Shown piece by piece: positions 1 through 15,286 of a stretch of 64,000 nucleotides of DNA. The notes beneath the pieces were generated by a model that worked only from the letters and a program-made list of their open reading frames with translations, was not told where the DNA came from and made no database searches. Source of the stretch: Neocallimastix sp. 'constans' (taxonomy: Eukaryota); NCBI GenBank assembly GCA_050613775.1, contig JBODTK010000144.1, positions 62,001-126,000 on the forward strand, given 5' to 3'. The number at the start of each line of letters is the position of its first letter. Positions within the stretch are counted from its first letter, which is position 1. Both the position numbers and the translations under genes were made by a program.

Positions 1-139
1 TTTTTTTTTTTTTTTTTTTTTTTTTTATTTTTTTTTTTAATTATATAGTATATATTATTAATATATATTATTAATTATAATTTTTTTTTATATAAATTAA
101 GTAATGATAGTAATGATTTTAAATTTTAACCTTTTTTTA

Positions 140-170
<31 letters not shown>

Positions 171-461
171 TCTATTAGTTTATATATAGTTATAATTATT
201 TTCTTATGTATATCATATTTATTTAATTATATTGATAAATAAAAACATTGATATATTATAGAGATTGTTTTTATTAGTTTTATTTTAATTTTTTTTTTAA
301 TTTTTTATTTTTTTTTTTATTTTTCATTATTATTATTATTTTATTTCTTTCTTTCTTTCTTTCTCTTTTTGGTTTATCTTATTTGTAAGAATTAAAAAAT
401 TTTTAAAGTATTTTAGTATTTTAAGAAAAATAAAAATATATAAAATTGTATATGTTATTGG

Positions 462-465
<4 letters not shown>

Positions 466-516
<51 letters not shown>

Positions 517-532
517 TAATAACAATAATAAC

Positions 533-601
<69 letters not shown>

Positions 602-608
602 TATTATT
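466..608. repeat. (TAAA)n followed by (AAT)n microsatellite
   Basis: Simple tandem repeats read directly. Confidence 0.95.
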
Positions 609-824
609 AAGAGTCAGGAATTTAGGGTTTATAATTATGTCAACGTTATTAATATATTTTATGTTTAAAAGTTACTAAGATATTTGTTTAAATTAAATTC
701 TTTTATAATAATACATTATGATTTATACAGTAATTAGACTACATTACATTTTATTAAATTAATCTCATATTCAGATACTATTGGCATCATTCACATATTC
801 TAAAAATAATAATAATAATAATTA

Positions 825-867
<43 letters not shown>

Positions 868-1732
868 TATTATTATATTATTACAATAATTTATTTAGTT
901 ATTATATAAATATACATTTATTTATTAATTAGAATTATTCATAAACGAAATTCAACAAATTTTCATCTAAAGAATAAAATATTATTTTAGTATGAATCAT
1001 GAAACTATATCACATAAATTTAAGAATTATTTACATATACATGATTAATCTAATGATTTACATAGAAATATGCATTTACAAAATAATGTTAATTTCACAT
1101 TTTAAATCTAATTTTTACATAAATATTTATGATTTTTATGTAACAATATGCATTCACGTGGTATGCATTATAATATGTATTATTATTAAATAAATAAGCA
1201 ATAAATATCAATAATGATAATAATAATAATCTTATATAAAAAATTTAAAATAATTTTTTTTATTAGATTTTTATTTTAATATTTAAAAATTTTAAAATAT
1301 TTTTTATTAGATTTTTAATAATATTATTTAAAAAAAAATTGAATCCAATTTTTGATTGGGCAGAATTAAATAATCATTTATATGTATTTTTTTTAATTTT
1401 TTTTTTTTTTTTTTTTTTTTCATAATATATAATATTAATTTTATTTATTTATTCTATTATTAATTTTTTTTTATAATAAAAAATTTATTATTAATATTAA
1501 TTTTTAAAGAACAGTAATTGAAGTAACAATTTTAAAAGTGGTTTTATAATACTTTTAATATTTTTATTTTAATAACTTAATATACCACATAAATACATAA
1601 TTTAAATTTATTAAAAAAAAGAAAAAAAAAGGATAAAGGGAAAAATATATATATATATATTTTTATAATATATCAGATTCAATATAACATTTTGAAATTT
1701 CATCTTAATCATATATAATAATTAAAGTCAGC

Positions 1733-2250
1733 ATGGAAAAGAGAGACAGAGAATCTATGATAAATACTTTTTTACCCATATTACAAAAATCATTAGTTAC
1801 TAATGACCGAGAAATCTTTGATCAATGTATGGAAATTAAAAATAAAAAAATTATAATTGGAATAGTAAAGAAATTATTAAAGACTGAAATAAATTCTTTA
1901 ACAAAAAAATTAATTACTTCAATTGAAAAAGAACCAACTAGAGGAAATGCACCAGAATGGTTAAGAATAACATTATTAATACATGCTCCAATATTATTGA
2001 AGGTATTTTATATCAATTAAAAATATATCAATTATTATTTAAATTATTTAAATAATTTAAATATTTTATTTTATTTTATTTTATTTTATTTTATTTTTTT
2101 TTTTATATATTTAAAATAAAATTTCAATAATAATAAAATTAAGGAAATTATTTAATATAATTTTTATAGAAAAAAATATTAGAATTCAAAATTCAAAAAT
2201 GAAATTTCAAGAAATCATTTAAAATACTTTTATATTTAAATATATATACT

Positions 2251-2292
<42 letters not shown>

Positions 2293-2967
2293 ATCAAATA
2301 ATCAATGATATATGTTAATATAATATTATATTTAGAGTAAAGAAATAGTATTTAGACTTGATGATCTATATAATAAAATAAGTAATGGTAATGGCACAAT
2401 TGGAAAAATGCTTCAACTTTCTGGTCGTCTTGATATGATGAATGTTCAAGTATTTTTTTTTTTTTATCATTTTATATATATAAATATTTTCTTTCTTATG
2501 TATATATGTAATATTGCATAGTATATGAGGTTTAATAATTATTTGATTATTCATATTTAAATTTATAATTAAATTAAAAAAGCTTCATTCAAATAGAAAG
2601 GATTCATTTGAAGGTAAATACTATATCAATGACATTTACAAAAATTTTATAATAAAAAAAAAAAAAATGATTTATATGTAAAATTTTAACTTAATATATA
2701 TATATATATATTATTTTTTCATTAATATAAAAAGATATAGAAGAAGAAGAAGAGGAAGAAAGTGAAACCTCGGAAAGTGATGATGAAGATTCTAATGATG
2801 AAGAAAAGGAATTTGATATATATGAAGAAGAAGAAGAGGATGATGAAGATGAAGATGAAGATAAGGAAGATGAAGATGAAGATGAAGAAAAGGAAAACAA
2901 GAAGAATGAAATAGTTGATGATGTATTTGGTGTTACTGATTTCTCTTTCTTAAAAGAAATTAAATAA
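1733..2967 (+). CDS. Utp12 (Dip2/Utp12)-domain protein, UTP5/WDR43-like SSU processome factor with acidic tail; 4 exons
   Basis: Exons 1733-2002, 2336-2449, 2583-2613 and 2735(or 2741)-2967 join in frame over GT-AG introns. Spliced protein: LQKSLVTNDREIFDQC...EPTRGNAPEWLRITLLIHA...GKMLQLSGRLDMMNVQ, then a D/E-rich tail, matching the Utp5/WDR43 C-terminal pattern. Confidence 0.7.
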
Positions 2968-3049
2968 TAGATTACTATTTTAAAATTATTTTAATTTATA
3001 TATATATATATACATATTAAAATCAATATTTTTTAAATACTTTATATAA

Positions 3050-3348
3050 ATTTTTAATGAAAATAGAGAAAAATAAAATAAAAGAAAAAATTATTATCAT
3101 GCAATCATATAATTTTAAAATAATATCCATATTTCAAAGTATATTTTAATTAATTTATTATTTCATGTAATTATTTTTTAAAACATAATAAAATCTTAAT
3201 GAAAATAGAGAAAAATAAAAAAAAAAATATATATATATATATATATTTTAAATATTATCATACAATCATATAATTTTAAATTAATATCCATATTTCAAAG
3301 TATATTTTAATTAATTTATTATTTTATGTAATTATTTTAAAACATAAT
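3050..3348. repeat. Tandem duplication of a ~140-160 bp unit
   Basis: ttaatgaaaatagagaaaaataaaa...caatcatataattttaaa...atatccatatttcaaagtatattttaattaatttattattt...aaaacataat occurs at ~3050-3189 and ~3190-3348. Confidence 0.85.
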
Positions 3349-3423
3349 TAAAATTTTTTTTAACTTTTTTTTTTTTAAAAAAAAAAAAAAAATAAAATAA
3401 ATAAATAAATAAAAATTATATAT

Positions 3424-3685
3424 AAAAATAATGTTATTAATAATGACCTTTAATAATAGAATATAAATAATCAAAAATATATTAAATATAGAGTTTTTTT
3501 AAATTTTTTAATCAATTATTTTTAAATTTTATTTCGTTATTAAATTCATTTTTACACTTTTATACTTATGATTATTATATATATTATATATATAATTTTT
3601 ATTTATTTAACAAAACTCTATATTTAATATATTTTTGATTATTAATATTCTATTATTAAAAGTCATTTTTAATAACATTATTTTT
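3424..3685. mobile_element. MITE/foldback-like element with ~75-bp imperfect terminal inverted repeats
   Basis: 3424-3498 (aaaaataatgttattaataatgacc...atatagagtttt) is the near reverse complement of 3612-3685 (aaaactctatat...gtcatttttaataacattattttt). No ORF; no unambiguous TSD. Confidence 0.6.
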
Positions 3686-4232
3686 CATTCATTTATTATC
3701 CAATATATATTAAAAATAAAAATAAAAATAAAAAAATAAAAATAAAAATAAATAAATAAAAATAAAAATAAATAAATATAAATAAAAATAAAAAAATAAA
3801 AATAAATTAGATAAAACATTTATGGGTATAAATAAAATGAAAAAAAGCAACAAAACAGAAAACAAAAACAAAAATATATATATTGTTAGAATATGTGAAT
3901 AAATTCCAAACTCTTTATATATATAAATATATATATATATATTTTTTTCAGTTTATTATTAAATTTTAATTTTTTTTTTTTTTTTTTTGTTTAAATTATT
4001 TATTTATTAGTTATTTTTATTTCTTATTTTTTATATTTACCTTTTATTACTTATTTTCAGTATATCAATTAAATAATATAATATAAATATACTATTTTTA
4101 ATCTGTTTATTATTATTATTATTATTATTATTATTGTTATTGTTGTTGTTTTTGTTGTTATTAAAATTTTTTATAATTGTTTAATGCTATTTTATTTTAT
4201 TTAATGGTAAATTATTATTATATCTTAATATT

Positions 4233-4283
<51 letters not shown>

Positions 4284-4692
4284 TTATCAAAAATTATAAT
4301 TATTACATACATATATATATAAAATTATCTATATATATATATAATTAATGAAATAATATATATATAAATGGTTATAAATTAAATAAATAAATTTTTAATA
4401 AAATAGAATATATATAATGGATAATGCATTAAATAAATAATATAAAACTAATTATCTATCAGTTATAATAATATAATAATATATAGTATATATTATATAA
4501 ATAAAAAAAAATCTAACAAATTATGAATGTACATTACTATTATTAAATAAAATATATGTTAATAGTAATACGATAAATAAATAAAATTAATATTTATAAA
4601 AATTTATAAAAGTTGATTATATTGATTTAATATCGTTTTAAAAAATATTATAAAAAGTTCAAAAACTTCATTATTACTATTTATTATTATTA

Positions 4693-4728
<36 letters not shown>

Positions 4729-4773
4729 AATAAAGACAATATATATATATTATATTTATTAATGTTATATGTA

Positions 4774-5095
4774 TTAATTTAATGTTATTTGAAATTGTCT
4801 TGGATTTGGCTTTAAATTTCTTAGTCGATTTACTTTAGAATCATGTCCTATTGAATTTCTTATAAGTTTTAAAAATCGTTGGCCATAAAATGTTGGATTG
4901 ACAGATGAAATACTTCTCTATATAATAATATATACAATAATATTAATAATTATAATAATATTAATAAATAAAAATTTATAAGTAAATAATGTGTTATAAA
5001 AATAAATTAAAAATATATAATTAATAAAAATATAAAAAAATAAAAATAAAAATAAATAAAAAAAAAAAAAATAAAATAAGAAAATATATAAATAA

Positions 5096-5130
<35 letters not shown>

Positions 5131-6935
5131 ATTTACCCTACTATTAATTATTGATTTAGATAATGATTCTATTTTCTTCTTCATATTATAATTTGTAAAT
5201 ATATCAATAATACCAAGGAAATAAAGTTCTTGTAAATCATTATTATTTTCATCAGTTGCTCTAAATCCCCCATCATCATGATAAAAGATAAAATGTTTTT
5301 TCCTATAATTTAATAATATTATTATTTAAACATATAAATATACAAATTAATTTATTATAAAATTTATGTATATATTGTATATTATTATATATTAATAATA
5401 CATTTTTATTAATTTTAGAAATTACCTTTTAGGGATTGTTTCCGGTAACGTAGACGACGATATTTCAAGAGATACCGGTTCTGTTTCAGCTATTGCTCTA
5501 GCTAAAGCTATTGCCATTGGATCATTTTTGGTTTTTCTTTTAGAATCAAGTTTCTTATTTAGTGATTCTGGATTTGGCTCAATAATTGAGAGAGTACTAT
5601 CTCTAATATTGTCTTTATTTCCTTTGTTAAGATTGTGACAACCCACTAATAAAGAATAGTCCATGACATTATTTTCTGCTAAAAATTTAACATCTTTTTC
5701 TAATTGATTCATCAAAATATTTTCCTTTTCTTTTCCAAGATATATCTTTCTTTCTCTCTTAATCCAATTTAAATCTTTCATAACAAGAATTTTGTTATTA
5801 TTATTTTCTTTTTCATTTGTATATCTTCCCACTAAGGATCCCTATTTAGGAATATATATATTATGTATTTTTATTAATATAAAATTTAAAATTTGATTTA
5901 TTTTGTAATTTGTTTTTATATATATATATATATATATATTAATATATATTTTAATAAAAAAATAAAAAAAATTAAAAAAAAGTAAAATAAATTAAAATAA
6001 AATAAATAGTTTAAATATAAATATAAAGTACAGATTTAATAAAATAAAATAAAAAATAAAATAAATAGTAATATAAAAGAGTAAAGTATTAATAAAAATA
6101 GAATAAAATAAAATAATAATAATCATAATCATAATAATAATAAAACCTTTAAATCATATTTTTCATGAATATCTTTATCTGGAGGGAAAATATTTTCCAT
6201 TACAATAAAATGTATCTTATTTCCATGTTGAATCTTAACTCTATGTAATCCAAATATTTTACAAATTAAAGTATTGGGATTCTTTTTTAAATACAAATAG
6301 TAATTTCTTAAAATTTTTAATAAATATTTATGTTCAGTGTGATGTACTGTTTTAATTATAAATCTATAATCCTGTGAGTAATAGAAAAAACTTCCACTTT
6401 TTCCTGGTGAATCCATCTCTGTAAGCATATATTTACCTGTTAATGACATCTAATTATTACAATATTAATAAAAATATTTATTAATTAAATATTAAAAATT
6501 GATTGTAGTATTAATAGCTTTATTAATATTATTAATATTATATTTTTATTTTTCTATTTTAATTTAAGATATGTACTAAATAATCTTCAGAACTTATTTT
6601 AAACATTTCACGTATTGAACGAAATACTCTTGGAGCATAATCTTTAAATTTATAATAATATTTTGATGAAGGTAATAATTCATTATTATACCTATTTTAT
6701 TTTGATCATGATATATATATATATTAATAAGTAATATGGTGATATTTTATTTACATTAATATATTTGATTATTCATATATTAAATAATAATAATAATAAT
6801 AATAATATATATATATATATATATTTACACATCTAATGCAATTTTATGTTTCGCTTTGAAATCTTTTAAATATAATTCTCTATTTGTACTAGCGTTACAT
6901 CTTTGAACCTATTTTATTTTATTTTATTTTATTTT

Positions 6936-6966
<31 letters not shown>

Positions 6967-8055
6967 TTATTTAAATTTTGATATTTAGATAGATATAAGA
7001 ATATATAATATATATAATATAATACATTATTCTATTATATATATATAAATATATATAAAACCTACTGAATAACGAATACCATTTAACATATCTAACATTA
7101 AAATATAATGGACATGATCTTTTTTAATTGGAGTACCAATAATATTCTCAATAGCTTTGGATTGTTTTTTTAAAGAATGAGCTTTAGTTATTGATAGGCT
7201 AGATAATGATAATTTTTGGGCAATTTCTTCTTTTTTGAAACTTGTTCGACTATTATTATCTGAGAGCATAAGATGATTTGGAATATATTGAGAAGTAGAA
7301 GCTAATTCTTTAGAAGAATTCCTCGATTTATATCTTTTACTTATTGATGATGAACTACCATTAATATCATAACCTTTATCTTTCTTTATATGATAAATTT
7401 TAATAGATTTTCCAGATTCTGTATTAATATTCGCTTTAGCAGAAGTTGAAGTTTTTAAATATTTTTGAGCCTTTGTTGATGTAATAATTTCATTTTGTGT
7501 AATTTCTAAATTATGAGAAGAATTTGTTTTGGTTGTCTTAAAAGAATTTAGAGAACTAATTGAAGAATCACTACAAGCTGTTTTAAAAGAACTCGATGAA
7601 TTTTTTTTTATTAAAATGCTTTCTTTATTTAAATCTTTATTTTTATTAACATAAGAGTTATCATTTTCAAATATAATATTATTTTTATTATTACTGTTAT
7701 GATTACTATTGTAAGTTGTTTTATTGTTTGTAATAGTTGTAGGAATGTTTAAAATTTTATTTTGTTCCAAACTACTAATACTTTTTACCAATGTAGAATC
7801 ACTGTCATTACGTTTATCGAGATTTTTATCATTATTATCAATAGAGATATTATTTGTATTAACTAAAGAATGTTCATCTTCTAATAATTTCAACTTTCTG
7901 TTATTGAATGATTTAATATTTTCTTTATCTTCATTACTATTAATATTCTTTTTATCATTAGAATTTTGTGTAATAAGAGTTAAAATTCTCTTATTATTGT
8001 TAATTGAATTTGTTAAATCATAATTTGTATTTTGACTTTGAATTTCGGAGGCCAT
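4774..8055 (-). CDS. MSS4: Phosphatidylinositol-4-phosphate 5-kinase (Mss4/Its3 type); 7 exons
   Basis: Exons 8055-7066, 6908-6829, 6691-6577, 6449-6147, 5841-5426, 5302-5137 and 4917-4774 join in frame. Motifs [60 protein letters not shown]. Long S/N/K-rich N-terminus. Confidence 0.92.
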
Positions 8056-9324
8056 GATTTTAATATTATACTTTATTTTGGTAAATTTCTTCTTTTTTAT
8101 TATTATATATTATTGTATATTATTATTACTTTACTACAACTACTTTCTTTTTCTTAATTTTTAACTATTATGCGTGAAAAAAAAATAATAAAAAAAAAGT
8201 GAAAATATTGAAAATACTATTTTTTTTTTATTTTTTATTTTTTATTTTTTTACTTATTGATATAAATATGTTATATTTTATTAAATTTTATTGTTAATTT
8301 TATTGTTTATTTTATTATTATAATTTTATTGTTATACTTATTTAATTTTAGTTTTATTTTATTTTATTTTATTTTTTTTTTTTTTATATTTTAGTTTATT
8401 TTATTTTATTTAATTATTTTTCTCTCATTGCTATTATATTATGATTGTTTTATATTACATTATTATTAAAAAATTTATATGAAATATTGGGTATTTTATT
8501 TAAGCATGTTTAATATTTAGTCTATTTCTTTCTTTTTTTTTTTTTTTTTATTTTTTTTTTATTTTTTTTTTTTTTATTTTATATTTTTATGGTTATATTA
8601 TTTGTATACTATATTAGTTTTTGTTTGATAGTATGAATTATTGTTGATATATTTCATATATATATTATTTGAATTTGTATTAGTTCAATAAGGATTACTT
8701 TTATTAAGAAAAAAAAAAGTATTTACTTTATTAAAATTGGAATAAATCAATATTTATCTTATTTCTTTTTTTTATTTTTATTTTTTTATAAGTTCATTAA
8801 TAATATGTGACTTTTTCTTTTCTATTATTTAATTCGATTCTTTTTTATTTCAACAGAAAAAAAAGATATTATAAAATGATAAATTAATCAAAACTTAAAT
8901 TTCAAATTACTAAAGAAAAAATAATTTATGAATTTATATAATTTTAAATATTTTTTTGTTTAAATACTTTTTCATTAATTTTAATTAACTTTATTTTTCT
9001 ATTATAACAATACAATAAATATTTATATATATATTTATATTTAATCTTTATTTTTTTTTTTTTATTATTTATTTTTATTTTTTATTTTTATTTTTTTTTT
9101 TTTGAATACTATATAAAATTTATTGTAAATAATATTTTTTAATATATATGAAAATTAATTTTTAAAGAAAAAAATTTTTTAAGCCAAAAAGAGTGCATAA
9201 ATAATAAATTAAAAATAAGAAATTACACAAATTAAAATAATATTATTTGTAATTTTATTTCATTATATTATAATTTATTTTTATTTTATTTTATTTTAGA
9301 TTTAAAAGTAGCATTTTAAAATAA

Positions 9325-9362
<38 letters not shown>

Positions 9363-9534
9363 GATAAAAACCTAAATAAAACAAATATAAAATAGATTAT
9401 TAAGTTTTAAAGCTTTTAAATGTTGTTGATTAATTATTTAGTTATTAAAGCTTTTTTGATTTAATAATTAAATAGTTTATAATTAAAAGAATTTATATAT
9501 ATATTTATTGTGGTTATATAATCAATAATAATGA

Positions 9535-9627
9535 ATAAAATAAAATAAAATAAAATAAAATAAAATAAAATAAAATAAAATAAAATAAAATAAAATAAAA
9601 TAAAATAAAATAAAATAAAATAAAATA
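9535..9627. repeat. (TAAAA)n microsatellite
   Basis: Read directly. Confidence 0.95.
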
Positions 9628-10499
9628 AATAAATAAATAAATAAATAGTAAGTTAGTAAATAAGAAAGCTGAAAAGTCAGTAAATAAGTAAAGTAGAAGA
9701 TTAGATAACTAAATAAATAAGTAAATAAATAAATAAATATTATAAATAAATGAATAAATAAAAAATACTATAAATTTTTATATTATAATAAACAATTAAA
9801 TTTCATAATTTCATAATAAGAAGTTGTTAACTTTTCCATTTTCTCTTTAATATAATTGAAAATTAAATATTCATATATTAATTTGTATTATAATATATTT
9901 AAAAATAAATATTAATAATTAACCATATAAATTAAATTAAAAATTTAATAATATTTTAAAAAAATAAATAAAAATGAAAAAAAATAAAAAAAAGTTATTT
10001 ATTTTAAATTTTAATAATTAATATATTTTCAACATTTCATATTTATAAAATATATTTTCAATTTAAATATGTAAATATAATAGGCCAGTTTTTAATTATT
10101 TTATAAGTATAATTATAAAAAAAATTAATAAATTCAATATCAATATACTTATTAAGCAATAATAAATAATAAATATATTCTAATATATGATATATATATG
10201 AATTTATTTATTTATTTAGTTAGTAAGTTATTTCATTGATTGATTGGCTCAATCCAAAATAAAATTTGTTAAATATTAAATATTACTATACAAAATATAC
10301 TATATAAATTGTAGTTATAAATACTACTACTACTCCTACTACTACTTCTACTATTACTACTACTACTAATAACAATAATAACAATAATAAATAATATCAA
10401 TAGTAATAATAGTAATTAAATATTATCATTTAAAATTTTATATTATTATGAATATAATTTTTTTTTATTTAAATTTACGTATTAAAAAAAATATATTTA

Positions 10500-11250
10500 T
10501 ATGTTTAATCATATCTACTCAACTAAAACAGTGTTATATAATTAACCACTTTTGGGAAGACGCTATTAGTACTTTTAATTATAATCATAAATGTCCCTCT
10601 CATAAAGGTATTAAAAACAAAATTCCTTTCAAAGTTCTGAATAAAGTCAAAGTTTTTTGTTCAAATATCAGAGTTTTTGGTTGTAAAGTATTTTACTATA
10701 TCTCAAAAATATTTAGATCTAAATTTGATAACAGCTCCACTCTTGGAGTTACCCAGATAATCATCCAGGATATAATATTTTAGATATTACAAACAATAAA
10801 ATTGTCCTATCAAGTAATGTCGTGTTCTTCTAGTCAAATCTAACATTGCAATTTTTCAACCCTCTTTATTATATTTTATTCCTAATAATTAAATTTATGG
10901 GAATAATACTTATTATAAGGATAACACATACGACAAATCATTTACTACCAACAACAATATTCAAAACCTTCTCCTTAATTTTATAAATACAAATGAAACT
11001 TATAAAATTTACAAATGAAAACAAAACAAATCCCATAATTATAATTTTAAAAACACTATAAATAATTTTAGAAACACTACAATGAATCATATTAATATAA
11101 ATAAAAATATTAATAATATTAACAAAATGAAAAGCATATATATCACCAATACAATAATCCAAAATCAGGACAACGACCTTAATACAGACACTTACACTAC
11201 ACATAACATAAATAATATCCCATCACAAAATATCAACTTAAAAAAAAAGC
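10500..11250 (+). mobile_element. Degenerate Ty1/copia integrase C-terminal remnant plus Asn-rich linker
   Basis: HFWEDAISTFNY..HKGIKNKIPF..RVFGCKVFYYISKIFRSKFDN and ILDITNNKIVLSSNVVFF align with the integrase tail of the copia at 44.8-46.0 kb. Frameshifted. Confidence 0.8.
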
Positions 11251-11259
11251 CAATTTTCA

Positions 11260-11661
11260 TCCTGGTTATTAGTACTTGGGATTAACACATGTAAAGTTTC
11301 TAGATAGAACTTGACTACCTCCTGAGTTTATATGGGGGATTTTCATTCTTCCAAGGTGTTTTTCCCTTTAATTGAAGTTGGTGTTCACCCACCATGGTTA
11401 GTATTCCTGCTGCTTGACTATATAATTGCTAGTACATAGAGCACTTGATCTGTGAGAGGATTAGTGTAGTTGTTCTTCCCTCGATGATGGTTCAAGTGGC
11501 ATATAGGGAATGTATCTTTCATATTAGTATTGCTTAGATAGAGGTCCACGTCTAAACGATATGGCAAAGAATCCAATGAGAGTTCAATACGTTTAAGGGA
11601 GAGGCTGGAGTCCCTATTGTCCTCCTCTCCCATTAATCCCATTTTAAAAAAAAAAAAAAAA
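11260..11661. other. Unidentified GC-elevated ~380-bp segment ending at an A-tract; probable TE fragment
   Basis: Sharp composition contrast with the flanks. Only a 74-aa minus-strand ORF with no motif I recognise. Confidence 0.3.
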
Positions 11662-14600
11662 TTAAAATATTATTTTTTTAATTAGATGTTATATTATTAT
11701 ACAATGCTTTACAAAAATAGTTTATTAATATTGATATTGATATTAACAATAAATGTTAACTTGACATTTAAGCTGCTTTTTCTTAAACTTTTAAACTTTA
11801 TACACTTTAAAAAAATTTTTCATAAATAGAAAAAAATAAATTTTTTTAAATTTTCTAATTATTGTTTAAAATGAAATATTAATAAAGGTATAAAAAATGT
11901 ATATATATATATTAATCCATTAAAACATTTTATTTTACTGATCTTAAATTATATAATAATTTTTTTATATAATTTTACAAATATTTACATATCGAATATT
12001 AAAAAAAATGTATAAGTAGAGTTTTTTTTTTTTTTAATTGAAAACTACATAATTTTTTAGTATATATTTTTGCTAATACTAATTTAAAAGATTTTTTTTT
12101 TAAGAGTTTTAGAAAATTAAAGTTTTTTTTATTATATTTAATTAAATCACATGATATAAATTAAAATTAATGAAAAAAAAATTTTTATTTCATGTTACAT
12201 CTAACATCTGTGATGTGACAGATTTATTATTTATTTATAAAATTTTGTAATAATTTTTAATTAATAAAACATTTCTAGATAGATTTTAGTTTTTTTTTTT
12301 GTTTTAATATTTATAAAATCTATATTGATATTTAATTATTAAATTTATATATTAAATTTAATAGTTTTTCAAAAATAATACTATATCATTTGATTCATTC
12401 AAAATATAATAAATATTTATATCTAATCATTCTGCCTTATTAGCCACCAATTACTCAATAATAATAACTCTATAAAGAAAAAGAGTATGCAATTATTTTT
12501 ACCTAATAAATATATTAAAATAATATATATTAGAATTTTTAACTTTTTTTTTATATATATTTAGTGTAAAATATTTCATAAAAAATTTTTTGAAGGCTAT
12601 TTTTAAACATATATATATATATATTTTAATTCATTTTGTGTAACATTAATTGACTTTTTTTTTTTATCTTAAAATTTTCATTAACAGTGGTATTTTTTAT
12701 AAAACTATAAAATGTAATTATGATTAATATGCTTTTTAGTATATTTTACTTATTTAATATAAACAATATAATATTTCATAATTTATATTAATGTAAAGTA
12801 AAAAATATATATTTTAAATTAATATAGTTTCTATTATATATAAAAAAAATTAAAAAATATACAAAATAAACAAAATAAATAATTTATTTATAAAAAAACT
12901 ATTAAAAATAAATGATTTAAATCCAATTATTTGTATATTAGTACAAGTAATTAGATTTATTTATAATATCTTTTAAATATTAAAATAATTCTAATAAACA
13001 ATTTAATATAAAGTACTAACATGTTATAATAACTTGTAATAAAAATAGATATAAATTAATAAATAAGAACAATAATTGCTTTTTTTTTTTTTTTTAATAT
13101 TATTTCTGTTTTATTTTATTTCTATTAGTAATTATTAAAAATAAAAAATATTAATATTGAGTAAAATTTTTAGGAAACTTTTTATACTTCAATATTTACA
13201 TAATTATAATTTATGATATAAATTTATATTTATTTAAAGAATAATAATAAATAAATTAACTCTATTAACCTTTTATTATTATTATTAAATATATATCGTA
13301 ATATAAAATAACGAATATATTTTTTTATTATTTTATTATGACATATGAACTTAGATTAGTCTTTTTATCTTATATTATCTTTTTTTTTTTTTTTTATTTT
13401 TTAATTTAAATATATTATATATATTGATAAACATATTAAATCATTATTTCTTGTTTTAAAATGAAAGAGATACTAAATTGAAAGGTTTGACTTAACTAAT
13501 TATTTATTTATTATATTAATTTTATAATAAAAAAAAAAAAAAACTTTTTATGATAAATATTAAAAAGAATATTACTAAAAATTTTTCATTTGTAAGTTTT
13601 AAATATTAAATTACCATAACATAAAATATCTTTTGGTATTGTACATTTTTGATACTTTTAATGATAAGGAATTATTTGTTTTTTTAAAAATAATAAACAT
13701 TTTATATATATATATAATACATATAATTTTTTAATATAAAAATATTTATATAAATTAATATTTAAATTTATATTTACATATTTATTTATTATTCATTTAA
13801 TACATAAATCATAAATTTACTATAATTATTATGTATCAGTGATACTAAATAATTATTGATATCTATTATCATATTCTGTATATTCTGTTCTAATTTTAAA
13901 ATTAATTTATTATAGATGGAATATATTTTAATAAAATATTATTTAAAATTATTATTGACTAATAATAATGATCATTATTATTCTGTAAAAAAATTTTTAG
14001 AAAAAAATTTTTAAAGAAATGAATGAACAAATAAATAAATATAAATAAATAGATAAATAAATATACATATAGATAAATAGATAAATAAATAAATAAAAAT
14101 TAATACAAATTATATTAGTTATATATAATGATATGAAAAAAAAATAAGAATAATAAAATACAAATTTTTTAAATGTTTAAAAATTATTTTTAAAACCTTA
14201 ATAATTAATTAAAATATTTTTTATTTTATATAGTAGTTTTTTATTTAAATATATATTATTTAATATATTCTAAATACAATATATACCAATATAAAATAAT
14301 ACATTTTATTATAATTTTTTTAAATTCAATATATTTATTTATATATTTTTATTATTTTATTTTATTTTATTTTATTTTATTTATGTTATTAAAATTTATA
14401 TTTATATATTTTTTGAGTTTAATTCATTTATCAATTATAATTTATGTGAAATTTGATAAAAAATATTAAAAAAAAAAAAAAAAAAAAAAAAGGATTAAAA
14501 GAAGTTATATTTAATATAAATATATCAATAATAATTCTATTAATGAATTAACAGAATTTTTTGGAATAATGTATATATATTTATTTATTGGAACAAATGA

Positions 14601-15255
14601 AAAACATCTTTAATTATGACAATAATATATATAGTCTTATAGTTATTCATCTTAGATTTATTACAATATAAATAAAATATTATATATTAAATGATTTTTT
14701 CAAATTTTATAAAAATAAAATAAAAATTATATAAACAAAAAAAAAGAAAGAAGAAAAAAAGATTAAATTTTATTTATTACATATAATGTAAACTAATAAT
14801 AAATGATATTTCAATTTAAATAAGTATTATTTGTTTAGGGAATAATTTAAATTATATTTAATAAAAATATCTATTGGAAAGATTTATTTATAAAAATAAT
14901 TATATTTTAAATGGAAAATCTATTATTTATTTATTATTCTCAACATTTCAAATTAATATTCTCTAAATAAATTAATCATTATACTTATTAATATATATAT
15001 ATAAAGCATAATTTAAATTAATTATTATTTATTTGTTATTTTTTTCCCCTAAAATAAATAAAATAAAAATTTATCAGATAAAGAAAAAAAATATTAGATA
15101 ATTAATACGAAATATTAATGAATCTATTTTGTTAATATTTTTAATATTAAATTAACATTTTATTTTATTATTATATTATTTTTAAAATTTTAATAATTCT
15201 TTATTTCTACAATAACTCTTTCAAATATTTTTATTTACTCTCACGGACAAAAAAT

Positions 15256-15286
<31 letters not shown>

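Noticed and set aside
999..1193. Short I/Y/F-rich ORFs in intergenic DNA (also 52666, 60283, 60593)
   Set aside because: Compositional artefacts of AT-rich sequence with no motifs or splice partners.
2691..2900. Poly-Ser minus-strand ORF
   Set aside because: Antisense of the D/E-rich last exon of the Utp12-domain gene.
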